The position numbers were made by a program, and so were the translations under genes. DNA of 61,851 nucleotides, from positions 1 to 61,851 of the IMG/VR virus record IMGVR_UViG_3300033182_001489, one strand, 5' to 3'. Below the pieces are notes generated by a model. The model saw nothing but the letters and a program-made list of their open reading frames with translations. It was not told where the DNA came from and searched no databases. Of the stretch, positions 50,528-59,099 are shown piece after piece. Source of the DNA: a virus. Its lineage: Duplodnaviria; Caudoviricetes. Positions within the stretch are counted from its first letter, which is position 1, and each line of letters begins with the position of its first letter.

Positions 50528-51325
50528 AACTTTATCATTCAATCTCTTAATTGATGCTTCTACAGCGATATCAGGAGAAATGAATTCGGTAAATTCATTA
50601 AGTGGAGAATCTTTTGTGCAGGAGATGATATCTATACCCCTTGCTTTACATAAAGGTATTAATTCTTGCAAAAATGCTAATTGCTGCTTATATAACCTTC
50701 TATTAACTTTCCTTTGTTCTTCGGATATCCCCCCGCTTGGAGAATCTTTATCTATTTTTTCATCTTTGAATGCAAAATTTTTAGGGCGAGCAGATTCGGA
50801 TTCATCAAAATAATCGTTCTTTCCCCCAAAATCTGAACCAAGCATATGTATTTTTTTAAAACCCATAAGTATACCCATATGCAAAGCTGCCACTAAGGTA
50901 TTTTTACTCCATAATAACCTTGCTTCTTTTCGAGTATTATCAAACAATAATTTACATGAATCATAATGAGTTTTACCACTTTTAATAAAATCAGCAAAAA
51001 TAACATTACAATAGTTTCTTAATTTAATTTTTCCAATCTTTGTATCGCTGTAGTTTCCGTTTAAAATTTTAGGGAACCTTTCTAGCCAGAGATTTTCGTT
51101 AAAACATTCAGGTCGATCTAAGCCTATCCATAGATCAGGCTTTATTTTTGGGTAAGTAGTATTAATACCCATTTTGTATACTGGGGCATCGTCAAACATT
51201 TTCATGTTAACCTCTGATAAAGACGGGCCAGAGCTAAATATATACAGATCTAAAACTTGATCCGTATTACATAAATTTACTTCACTGTCCCACTTTAATC
51301 CTCCTCTATGAATCCAAAAAGCCAT
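50519..51325 (-). CDS. DUF115/Maf-like (sialyltransferase-fold) glycosyltransferase
   Basis: IFSSGPSL...MGIN...IKPDLWIGLD...MGFKKIHMLGSDF motifs of the DUF115/MAF_flag10 family. Confidence 0.7.
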   Translation of the reverse strand: MAFWIHRGGLKWDSEVNLCNTDQVLDLYIFSSGPSLSEVNMKMFDDAPVYKMGINTTYPKIKPDLWIGLDRPECFNENLWLERFPKILNGNYSDTKIGKIKLRNYCNVIFADFIKSGKTHYDSCKLLFDNTRKEARLLWSKNTLVAALHMGILMGFKKIHMLGSDFGGKNDYFDESESARPKNFAFKDEKIDKDSPSGGISEEQRKVNRRLYKQQLAFLQELIPLCKARGIDIISCTKDSPLNEFTEFISPDIAVEASIKRLNDKVKS

Positions 51326-51350
51326 AAAGATATTATGGCTAAATTTTTAT

Positions 51351-53216
51351 TTATCTAATAAACATTGGGGTAAAAGTATGAACAATATTTTCCTTACTAT
51401 TAATTATATCGTAATAAGTTTTAATCATCCAATTTCCAAGCACTAAAGCAGAATAACTATCTTTTCTTGTTTTCTCGGGCCCTGTTTGTCTTTTTAATGC
51501 GGGAGGCAAATCAAATGTTTGAGTCCCCTGAGGGGAAGTAGTGATTTGTATTAAAGAGCACTCCACTTTTGTTAAATGAATCATTGCTTCTTGATGCTCA
51601 ACAAAATCAATCATTTTGGCGGCATTTGACGCCTTTTCTTTGTCTATTATATTTGAAAACTTTAATGAATCTATAGGTATTTTTTTACCTCTTTGCTGTT
51701 CATAAAAATCATCTATAGCAGGAGAAGCGAAAAATATTCTTCGGTGGTCAAAATTTGCTTGTAATAGTTCGTTTGCCCTTCGAATCCATGCGCTCGAAGG
51801 CTTTCTAAGTACGCATATTCTTTTATCTTTAAGGTTGTATTGCTTTTTTGCAGAACTTAAAGCCTTTTGATAATCTTCTATATTGTCAAAATCCGCTTCT
51901 ATTGTTTTAATATGGATATTATCTTTCTTAAATTTTGCGCTTTCATTTGCTGCGCTTAAAAATTGCACACCACCATTATAGTCTCCAACCATAGCGACAA
52001 TATTGAAATGAGTTAACAAGTAATGCATATAATTAATATGCTCTTTCATGGGTGTCCCTGGCAAGGCATAACTATGAACAAGGGTTCCAACTTTTTTTTC
52101 ATCACTTAGTTTAAATATTTGTATAGCAAAGTCGTCACTGCTTTCGCTTTCCGCCCAACTTGGATCAAATGCAAGAAGGTATTTAGCGCCAGCTTCTCCC
52201 GCGACTTCGATGCTTGGAGACATGCCTTCTGGCAATGTGCATTCAGCCATTTTAGAAGTCTTAAAATATCCAGAGCTGTCATCTGTAAAAACTGCACCAA
52301 ACTCTCTATCAAATTGAGATTGGCTCATCGAACTTTTAGCTTGATCAATAAGATTTTGATCATAAAGCTGCTTTGGCGCACAGTCGTAACTAAAGTGCAT
52401 AATTACACGATTGGCATCGGTAACATGCTTATTTCCATTAAGTATTAAATCATCAAAAGTTTCATAAACTTTATACATATATTCAAATTTGTAACTTGCT
52501 GAAGAAAGCATTATTAATTTATTGTTTGGCCATACATATCTATCCTCCTCTTTCATTTCTCCAGCATCAATCATCTTTGTTTCCAATTTGTATAAATCAT
52601 CTCTTTGCGTAGGGTTTTCAACTACAGACAAGAATGGAATAATAACTTCATTGTAGATTCTTTCAGGCATTAATAAAAACTCATCAATAATTATTCGATG
52701 AAATCTAAAACCTCTTAATTTTTCTCCGTCGCCCAAGGGTAATGCGTGAATTTGACTTTCTCCAATTTGTAAAGTCCATTGGTCATTTGTTTTTGAGGTC
52801 TTAGTTATACATTGAGACAAAAGTTCTGCCTCAGGCTTATTAGCAATATCTTCAATCTTTTTAAAAATCATTTTTGACTGCCTAAAGGATTTTGAAATAA
52901 TTCCTATTTGAACGCCTTGATTTAAAATTGCATCCATAAATGCAAACACTCCTGTTGTCCATGATTTTGACATTCCTCGACTCCATACTCCTAAAAAGTA
53001 ATCTGTTTGAAACATCGCCTTAATAGCCATATGCTGAAAAGGAAACAGCTTTACTCCAGATAATAAATCAGCAGCAAATGTAATATTATTTTTTAAAAAT
53101 TTATACAAAAGCAGTTTTGATTCTTTTTCATTAATATAACCTTTTTTTGCCAAAATTTCTTGGTTAATTCCGCTCAAAGAAGGCCTGTCGAATTGATTGC
53201 CTGTTTCCCAACTCAT
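51351..53216 (-). CDS. terL: Terminase large subunit
   Basis: Walker A WSRGMSKS, LRGFRF, Walker B IIIDEF, nuclease motifs LLAFDPS and RKDSYSA. Likely start MSWETG at 53216 (ATGA overlap with the upstream stop). Confidence 0.9.
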   Translation of the reverse strand: MSWETGNQFDRPSLSGINQEILAKKGYINEKESKLLLYKFLKNNITFAADLLSGVKLFPFQHMAIKAMFQTDYFLGVWSRGMSKSWTTGVFAFMDAILNQGVQIGIISKSFRQSKMIFKKIEDIANKPEAELLSQCITKTSKTNDQWTLQIGESQIHALPLGDGEKLRGFRFHRIIIDEFLLMPERIYNEVIIPFLSVVENPTQRDDLYKLETKMIDAGEMKEEDRYVWPNNKLIMLSSASYKFEYMYKVYETFDDLILNGNKHVTDANRVIMHFSYDCAPKQLYDQNLIDQAKSSMSQSQFDREFGAVFTDDSSGYFKTSKMAECTLPEGMSPSIEVAGEAGAKYLLAFDPSWAESESSDDFAIQIFKLSDEKKVGTLVHSYALPGTPMKEHINYMHYLLTHFNIVAMVGDYNGGVQFLSAANESAKFKKDNIHIKTIEADFDNIEDYQKALSSAKKQYNLKDKRICVLRKPSSAWIRRANELLQANFDHRRIFFASPAIDDFYEQQRGKKIPIDSLKFSNIIDKEKASNAAKMIDFVEHQEAMIHLTKVECSLIQITTSPQGTQTFDLPPALKRQTGPEKTRKDSYSALVLGNWMIKTYYDIINSKENIVHTFTPMFIR

Positions 53217-54178
53217 GCTTTTTGTTGAATCCTTTCGTCTATAAAATATTGAATATCGCAAGACCATAATTTTTTACCAATTTTAAGTAGTCTTGGCACT
53301 AAGAATTCAGAAGCTTTTCTGCTGCCTGAAAATATAAATTGACAATTATCGGGATACAATCTAAGCAGTTTTCTAACGTTGTGCCAAATGTAAGACAGGT
53401 TTGACTTGTGGGGAGAAAAAGAATTATTGTTTTTAATTTTTTCTATACTCGAGTCAACTAGAATATACAAAAAGCTATCAAATTGTTTAGCCCTTTCAAT
53501 CTCCCTAACGAACCTCTCAAACCCCACAGACATAGTTGATTTAAAATCTGCCTCGCTTTTTCGATCAATGAAGGTATACGAGTAATCTTTTCCACCAATT
53601 GTATAATCCCCAAAATCTAATTTCAAAACTTTAGATTTAGCAAACACCAAAGGTTGCTGTTCTCGAGTGTCTATTAAAATTTCTAAATTTTCATAAGAAC
53701 GATCTTTTTCAAAAAAATTTTCGACGATATTTTTGTCATAAACCAATCGTATGTTTTCTAAATTAAAATTTGACTTTAGCTGGTTTAGCGTTTCTGTATA
53801 ACTTCCAAAGCATTTTTTATAAAAAGACAGCGGGGGCATTTGGCACAGCTCAAGCTCTATGTGTCCAGGCATTAGATATGATTGCTTCGAAGACATTCTT
53901 TCGTAAATTTTTCTGAGTAAATATTGCTTCAGTTTAGGATCTTCGGCGTTTTGCAGCTTAATCCACTCGAGCATTTGTTTTCGATTACTAAAATCCTTAG
54001 TAAAATAATCTTGCTTATTTTTAAATGGCAAAGGCTCCTTCGTAAGCATGTTAAATCTTGGAAAATGCTTGGTATAATATTCCGCAACAGTTAAACCATG
54101 TTTTTTAAAATGTGCATGAAGAGATCTTTCAGATTTAAATATCTGACCGCATTCTTCGCATTTAAATTCAGATTGCAT
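53213..54178 (-). CDS. C2H2 zinc finger plus ERCC4/XPF-type nuclease domain protein
   Basis: CEECGQIFKSERSLHAHFKKH; ILIDTREQ...LDFGDY...IDRKSEADF matches the ERCC4 GDY...ERK motif. Confidence 0.8.
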   Translation of the reverse strand: MQSEFKCEECGQIFKSERSLHAHFKKHGLTVAEYYTKHFPRFNMLTKEPLPFKNKQDYFTKDFSNRKQMLEWIKLQNAEDPKLKQYLLRKIYERMSSKQSYLMPGHIELELCQMPPLSFYKKCFGSYTETLNQLKSNFNLENIRLVYDKNIVENFFEKDRSYENLEILIDTREQQPLVFAKSKVLKLDFGDYTIGGKDYSYTFIDRKSEADFKSTMSVGFERFVREIERAKQFDSFLYILVDSSIEKIKNNNSFSPHKSNLSYIWHNVRKLLRLYPDNCQFIFSGSRKASEFLVPRLLKIGKKLWSCDIQYFIDERIQQKA

Positions 54179-55229
54179 CAGACTTACTAATTCCTAATAT
54201 TCTAGCCTTCCAGGCTGGCATATCTTCCATTCTATCAGCTTCGTCTTTGATTAGGCTTTTTTGCATTTCTGCCATTTTTATCATAATCTCTCGCTCTTCC
54301 TCCTCCTGAAATAATTTCACCAAAGAAAGCATACTAGCCGTACTCTGATTTTTTTTATCTAAACGTTTTGATCTATCTCCCTGCAGCTTAGTAATTGCCC
54401 TATCGATCCTATTAATACATTGATTATATTCCTCACTTTTTGTTTTTAAAATTTCCGTAAGCCGCATAGTTAAATCAGTTTCCTCTTCGGCAGAATTAAA
54501 CATATCATTTAACTTTAACTTCTGTTTTTCAATTTGTTTTAAATTTATATAATCCATGCAAATATTAATATACATATTTATTTCATCAGGGGTTAAATCT
54601 GGCTTATCCCAACAAGCCCTTACAAACTCTGCCTCAAAAAGTTTGCGGTCATTTATATCAGTATAACTTGTAATTTGTGAAATAAATCTGGGTGAAGCCA
54701 AATTTTTCATTATAACTTCTATGCATAAATTTTCTTGTCTAGTAATTTTATCTATATTAAGCTGAACCCCAGCGCACGCGTTAACTTTTTTTATTGCAGA
54801 TAATGTAGTGCAAGGAGGGTTATACTCAAGCCCTCTAGCGCTATCCTCACTTGATACGCCTTGAGGAATGTGTTCGCGAATATAGTCAGCGATAACAATT
54901 GTCTCTTTGCTTAGAGGAGTTACATTGGACTCAGGAAAAATTAGTTTAGCTATTTGGTAAGCATTTGTTCCATTGCTGGAATATTCGCTTATAAATTCTT
55001 TATCTTCATTTGATAAAATAATTTCTTTTGCTGGCGCAGCTTTTGTTGTATCAAATTTTTGACCTATTTCTATTAGATACTCCCTAACAGATCTACCCTG
55101 CTGACTGCGACCATCTATATTTTCATTCATAAATACCGCTCGGGTCATTTCTCCTAAGTCAGTAATTTTATTTTTATTCTGCTGGATAAACTTTTTTTGA
55201 TCCTCGGTTAATGAATAGGCATCTTTCAT
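54168..55229 (-). CDS. Helical/coiled-coil protein, possible terminase small subunit
   Basis: 353 aa; HTH-like NAYQIAKLIF and coiled-coil C-terminus; two genes upstream of terL. Confidence 0.4.
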   Translation of the reverse strand: MKDAYSLTEDQKKFIQQNKNKITDLGEMTRAVFMNENIDGRSQQGRSVREYLIEIGQKFDTTKAAPAKEIILSNEDKEFISEYSSNGTNAYQIAKLIFPESNVTPLSKETIVIADYIREHIPQGVSSEDSARGLEYNPPCTTLSAIKKVNACAGVQLNIDKITRQENLCIEVIMKNLASPRFISQITSYTDINDRKLFEAEFVRACWDKPDLTPDEINMYINICMDYINLKQIEKQKLKLNDMFNSAEEETDLTMRLTEILKTKSEEYNQCINRIDRAITKLQGDRSKRLDKKNQSTASMLSLVKLFQEEEEREIMIKMAEMQKSLIKDEADRMEDMPAWKARILGISKSDAI

Positions 55230-55933
55230 TTTAGAAATATATCTTTAGTTGAAATTATTTTTTTAGCTTTATCCTTAAACTGTTTTTTTAAATTTTTAAT
55301 TTGTTTATAACCAGCCTTTCTTCCAGTCTCAGAGGTTTTGTAACCCATTTTTTTTGCAACTTCTTCTTCTGACAAATAGTCAATGAATAACATTTTATAA
55401 ATTTTAAATTGCCTTTCTGGCAACTGTTTTTCCATTTCCAGATGTAACCTTGTTTCAGCTTCAATAATTTCGCAATTACCATCAGGAATTTCTTTATGCT
55501 CTACACCCTCACTATCTATAGAAACTGGAAGCTTGATATCATACGCTGCCTTTTTAGTTTTCTCCCATTTCTTAAATAATGGGCAGGAAGAGTCCTGAGC
55601 GCCGCTTTTAGTAAAAGAGCAACTGCTATCCTGAACGCCGTCTCCAGAAAGATTAAACGGGCAATTTAAGCACGGCCTAACGAAATTAGAATAATTATTT
55701 CTTAGTATATTTTTTAATTGATTGGTTATTATCTTATTTAACCAAGGTCTTAGAGGTTTTTCTGGGTCATATTTATCCCACTTAACATAAATGTGAAATG
55801 ATATTATTTGAATAACGTCATCAAAATCCATCCATGTAAGGGAAGTAAGGTACCACTTAGGCCGCCTTTTTGAAATTTCTTCAATAACGACAGCGTGATA
55901 ATCTTCATACTTTAAATTATTTTGATTCTTCAA
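55226..55933 (-). CDS. Phage sigma-70 family RNA polymerase sigma factor with a Cys4 insert
   Basis: Region 2 DFDDVIQ...KYDPEKPLRPWLNKIITNQLKNILR; region 4 LPERQFKIY...LSEEEVAKKMG; CLNC...C...C between them. Confidence 0.8.
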   Translation of the reverse strand: MKNQNNLKYEDYHAVVIEEISKRRPKWYLTSLTWMDFDDVIQIISFHIYVKWDKYDPEKPLRPWLNKIITNQLKNILRNNYSNFVRPCLNCPFNLSGDGVQDSSCSFTKSGAQDSSCPLFKKWEKTKKAAYDIKLPVSIDSEGVEHKEIPDGNCEIIEAETRLHLEMEKQLPERQFKIYKMLFIDYLSEEEVAKKMGYKTSETGRKAGYKQIKNLKKQFKDKAKKIISTKDIFLK

Positions 55934-56288
55934 TATCTATGGAGTCTTTAGCAGGTTTACAAAGATCCATAATTTCTTTTACGCTATCCTCTGGATTGCG
56001 CCTTTTCGCCGTTCTAGGAGGTAACCCTAATTTTTGCTCTTGCATAACAGAACCTAAGGTGACCTCACTGTGATTATTATTAATAATCTCAAAGTCTAGC
56101 TTTTGAATATTTAAAAAATTTGTCTCAACAGGTGTGGGCGGATCTTCAGCTTTTTGCGCTCTAAATTCTTGCTTTTGTACGCTGGCACTTGCAGAACCAA
56201 AAGGGTTTCCACAATTTGTGCAGAAATTTGGCTTTGAACTTTCATAGTTGTGCTTTGTTCCGCACTGCTGACAGAATATAGATGGCAT
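55917..56288 (-). CDS. Zinc-ribbon protein
   Basis: FCQQCG...FCTNCG; GGGTATAATAAT promoter-like motif upstream. Confidence 0.7.
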   Translation of the reverse strand: MPSIFCQQCGTKHNYESSKPNFCTNCGNPFGSASASVQKQEFRAQKAEDPPTPVETNFLNIQKLDFEIINNNHSEVTLGSVMQEQKLGLPPRTAKRRNPEDSVKEIMDLCKPAKDSIDIEESK

Positions 56289-56318
56289 ATGATTATTATA
56301 CCCAGTAAATTAAAAGTT

Positions 56319-56939
56319 TCAATCGTCCTTTAAATAACCTGCCAGCTTCAAAGCTCGGTTTTTTAAAATTTCTAAATGCGGTCCTTCTAAAGATCGAGGT
56401 CTTTTTACATAATCTACTCCAAAAAAACCAACAACTTTTCCCTGTAGATTTTTAATTGGGAAATTATATAAGCTCTTAACTCCTTTTTTGTATAACAATT
56501 CTTTAAGCAAGGGAATTTTGCAATCATCTATTTTTTCAATACATATTTCTTTGCCCTGAACTATATTCTTAATATAACTATTATAGTTAGATACCCTATA
56601 TTCTCCTGGGTTTTGGCACTCAGAACTTATTCCTGAACCAACAAACTCATAAGAACATGTAAACTTTTGCGCAGGCATGCCTGAGGAAAAATGAATACCG
56701 TTGCTAAATTCAAAAATATAACATCTATCTGCACCCAGTTCATTAAGAGTGTGCTCTAGACAATTTATAATTTCTGCATTTTTTTCGGTCAGCTCCTCCA
56801 TTTTTCTCTGTTCTTTTTTTTCTGGACATTCTTTTGGCCGATCCATTCTTCCCTTCAACCAATAGGCGGATATTGTTGCGATTAAAGTTATAATTGCGGC
56901 TATCAGGCTTTCGATTTGTACTATTTTTTCAAATATCAT
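56319..56939 (-). CDS. Single-TM plus GAF-fold protein (T4 T-holin-like architecture)
   Basis: N-terminal TM helix; LGADRCYIFEF...GVKSLYNFPI...VVGFFGVDY GAF pattern. Confidence 0.6.
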   Translation of the reverse strand: MIFEKIVQIESLIAAIITLIATISAYWLKGRMDRPKECPEKKEQRKMEELTEKNAEIINCLEHTLNELGADRCYIFEFSNGIHFSSGMPAQKFTCSYEFVGSGISSECQNPGEYRVSNYNSYIKNIVQGKEICIEKIDDCKIPLLKELLYKKGVKSLYNFPIKNLQGKVVGFFGVDYVKRPRSLEGPHLEILKNRALKLAGYLKDD

Positions 56940-57235
56940 TCTGTTTTTCTACATTTAAATATGGAACTTATTACACAACAAAGCATGGTTATTATAAAAA
57001 TTATTGATACAACAATTATGGGACTCATTATAGAATAATTAATAATTTCTGATGATTCACTTATATTGTCAAACTCAGCTTTAGATATCTCTCCGTCATT
57101 GTTTATATCAGCTTTCTCAAACTCAGGCAGTTCGACTTTAGACGCATGAGGAGGATTTTTAGCCGAACTATGATTTTTAATTATTGAACTACAGCTAGAT
57201 CCAAAAAAAATAAAAAAAATTAACAAAATCTTCAT
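56936..57235 (-). CDS. Putative lipoprotein with EF-hand loop and C-terminal TM (u-spanin-like topology)
   Basis: MKILLIFFIFFGSSC signal; DINNDGEISKAE EF-hand loop; C-terminal hydrophobic helix. Confidence 0.5.
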   Translation of the reverse strand: MKILLIFFIFFGSSCSSIIKNHSSAKNPPHASKVELPEFEKADINNDGEISKAEFDNISESSEIINYSIMSPIIVVSIIFIITMLCCVISSIFKCRKTE

Positions 57236-57660
57236 CTGGCTCTACTGGGTATAGCGTAAAATCCAACAACCATAAAACATAGGTCCATGAATGATGTAAG
57301 CATTAACCCTCCTGTTAATTGAACTTGGTGCCAACTAGGAGAACCCCAAAACCATGAAAGAATTCCTCCGCCTGAAGGCTTATCAAGAATAACATCATAT
57401 GTAATATTGGGATTCATCGCATAATAAATCATTAAAAAACACATCGTAAATGTAATTGCCAAAAATAAAATTCTCCTTGTAACTTTCACAAATGGGTCGA
57501 GGGCAGTCTTAGATTGACTTTCTATCAAAGCTTTAAGCATCTCAGAATCTCTTGCGGATAAAATCATCTGGTCTTGACGTTTTTGCTCGAGCCAATAATT
57601 TAATAAATTTGCTCCAACTTTTATGACTGCGCCGATAATTGTATTTAAAACTGGTCCCAT
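57232..57660 (-). CDS. Membrane protein, holin-like
   Basis: 2-3 hydrophobic helices; likely start MGPVLN at 57660, 15 nt after the GTGTA motif at 57676-57680. Confidence 0.5.
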   Translation of the reverse strand: MGPVLNTIIGAVIKVGANLLNYWLEQKRQDQMILSARDSEMLKALIESQSKTALDPFVKVTRRILFLAITFTMCFLMIYYAMNPNITYDVILDKPSGGGILSWFWGSPSWHQVQLTGGLMLTSFMDLCFMVVGFYAIPSRAR

Positions 57661-57695
57661 ATTTATATTATATGATACACTCAAAACTTAACATT

Positions 57696-57911
57696 ATGGT
57701 AAAATTTAATAAATCCAATCTTGAAGTCATGGAGCTATTGGCAAAACATATGAACTCCTATCAGTCAGTAACTTGGCTAGCAACCCCTCGCGAGGAGCTT
57801 GGCAATAAAAATCCATACGAAATGATAAAGCAATCAAGAGTAAACAAGGTGCTTGCTTTACTCAGAAAGGACTTATCTTCCATAAAGAAGAAAAAGAACG
57901 CAAGGAGCTGA
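57696..57911 (+). CDS. Xre/MbcA/ParS-type antitoxin C-terminal domain protein (DUF2384-like)
   Basis: WLATPREELGNKNPYEMIKQSRVNKVLALL matches W-L-x2-P-x3-L-G-x3-P...V. Confidence 0.65.
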   Translation: MVKFNKSNLEVMELLAKHMNSYQSVTWLATPREELGNKNPYEMIKQSRVNKVLALLRKDLSSIKKKKNARS

Positions 57912-57925
57912 ATAAACAGCTCCTT
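57902..57925 (+). terminator. Hairpin, possible terminator
   Basis: aaggagctg-aataaa-cagctcctt; U-tract is weak. Confidence 0.4.
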
Positions 57926-57956
57926 ATAACTTTATATATTATATTTTATATTACTA

Positions 57957-58139
57957 ATGAAAAACAATACAAAACAAGAACAAAGAATTGTACTTCAATG
58001 TGGTCGAGGACGCTGCTGCCCAGAAATTATTAAAAAAGAAAACAACTTTATTATTAAAGACGATTACAATGGAGAAGTAAAATTAAATCAAGAACAAATA
58101 AAACTTCTACAAAAAGCTATATCAGATCTCACGGATTAA
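57957..58139 (+). CDS. Small hypothetical protein (CGRGRCCP motif)
   Basis: 60-aa ORF with a normal AT-rich upstream region. Confidence 0.6.
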   Translation: MKNNTKQEQRIVLQCGRGRCCPEIIKKENNFIIKDDYNGEVKLNQEQIKLLQKAISDLTD

Positions 58140-58934
58140 ACCCTGATCAATCCAGTCTTTGTATACTTTTGCTTCGCCATCAAATTCGTGAAGGTGTCCG
58201 TGCCAAGTAGACAATGCTTTCTCGTCATAGTAATGGCGTGAGCCATTCTGAAAAAAACTAAAACCAGTCGTATATACATTCATATTAAGTATAAATTTAA
58301 AATAAGCAATTGCTGCAATACCCGTTGACGGGTAATCGACAGTATTTGCCGCGATTTCCCTAGATACATATTCTGGAACAAATGTTACATTATCTCTTGT
58401 ATCATATAAATCATTAGAATATACATCATTCCATACTTTTTGTGTTTTAACATCGTATCCTAGTCTTTCTAGACAACTTAATTTTATATATGGAACTGCA
58501 TTAAACATGGATGGATTAATATTACAATAGTACATGGCCCAAGCTCTCATTCTGGCAAAAGCATCTACAGGCAATAAAAAGATGGTCTTCTTGCCTCCCA
58601 AGGGTCGATTTTTGCTCCAGGGGGGAATTTGAGAACCTATGCCTGAAACCCAATGCGTAATTTTGGAGCCAGTGTATTCATGAATTTTGGGAACATGCTT
58701 AACGCCTCGAACAAGCCAATCGTTAAGTCTGCAAACATTAGGGAATGAGTCTATTATTCTACCTTTTTTTTCATTTAATAAAGTATTTGAATTGCCAACT
58801 ATAATAACATCTCTACCAATTGGCCTATTTTCATATATATTTCTTAATTCTTTACCAGCTCTTCTGAAGAAATCATGACTTTCCCCAAACTTAAGCCTGG
58901 CTTCATTTTCTAATTCTATTGGTATGTCATCCAT
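58122..58934 (-). CDS. GT29 sialyltransferase-like glycosyltransferase
   Basis: Sialylmotif L VIIVGNS...GRIIDSFPNVCRLN, motif S YPSTG...VYTTGF, motif III HYYD, motif VS HEFDGE. Likely start MDDIP at 58934. Confidence 0.8.
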   Translation of the reverse strand: MDDIPIELENEARLKFGESHDFFRRAGKELRNIYENRPIGRDVIIVGNSNTLLNEKKGRIIDSFPNVCRLNDWLVRGVKHVPKIHEYTGSKITHWVSGIGSQIPPWSKNRPLGGKKTIFLLPVDAFARMRAWAMYYCNINPSMFNAVPYIKLSCLERLGYDVKTQKVWNDVYSNDLYDTRDNVTFVPEYVSREIAANTVDYPSTGIAAIAYFKFILNMNVYTTGFSFFQNGSRHYYDEKALSTWHGHLHEFDGEAKVYKDWIDQGLIREI

Positions 58935-59071
58935 TTCCGTAATATTAATAAAAAAAGCAATAAAAATCAAGCATAAAAAGTAATTTGAGAAAAAAAACCA
59001 CAGTATGTGCCGCGATTGTGACAATATGTCTCTAAAATAATATCTAAATAGCGTTTTTACAGTATAAAAAG

Positions 59072-59088
59072 TTGGCATGAAGCTTGCA
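59072..59088 (+). promoter_or_regulatory. Sigma54-type -24/-12 promoter for Hsp20
   Basis: TTGGCATGAAGCTTGCA versus consensus YTGGCACGNNNNTTGCW; 11 nt before the ATG. Confidence 0.7.
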
Positions 59089-59099
59089 AATATATATTT

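Noticed and set aside
58935-59078. N-terminal extension of the 318-aa ORF
   Set aside because: It is low-complexity AT-rich intergenic sequence overlapping the Hsp20 promoter; ATG 58934 is more plausible.
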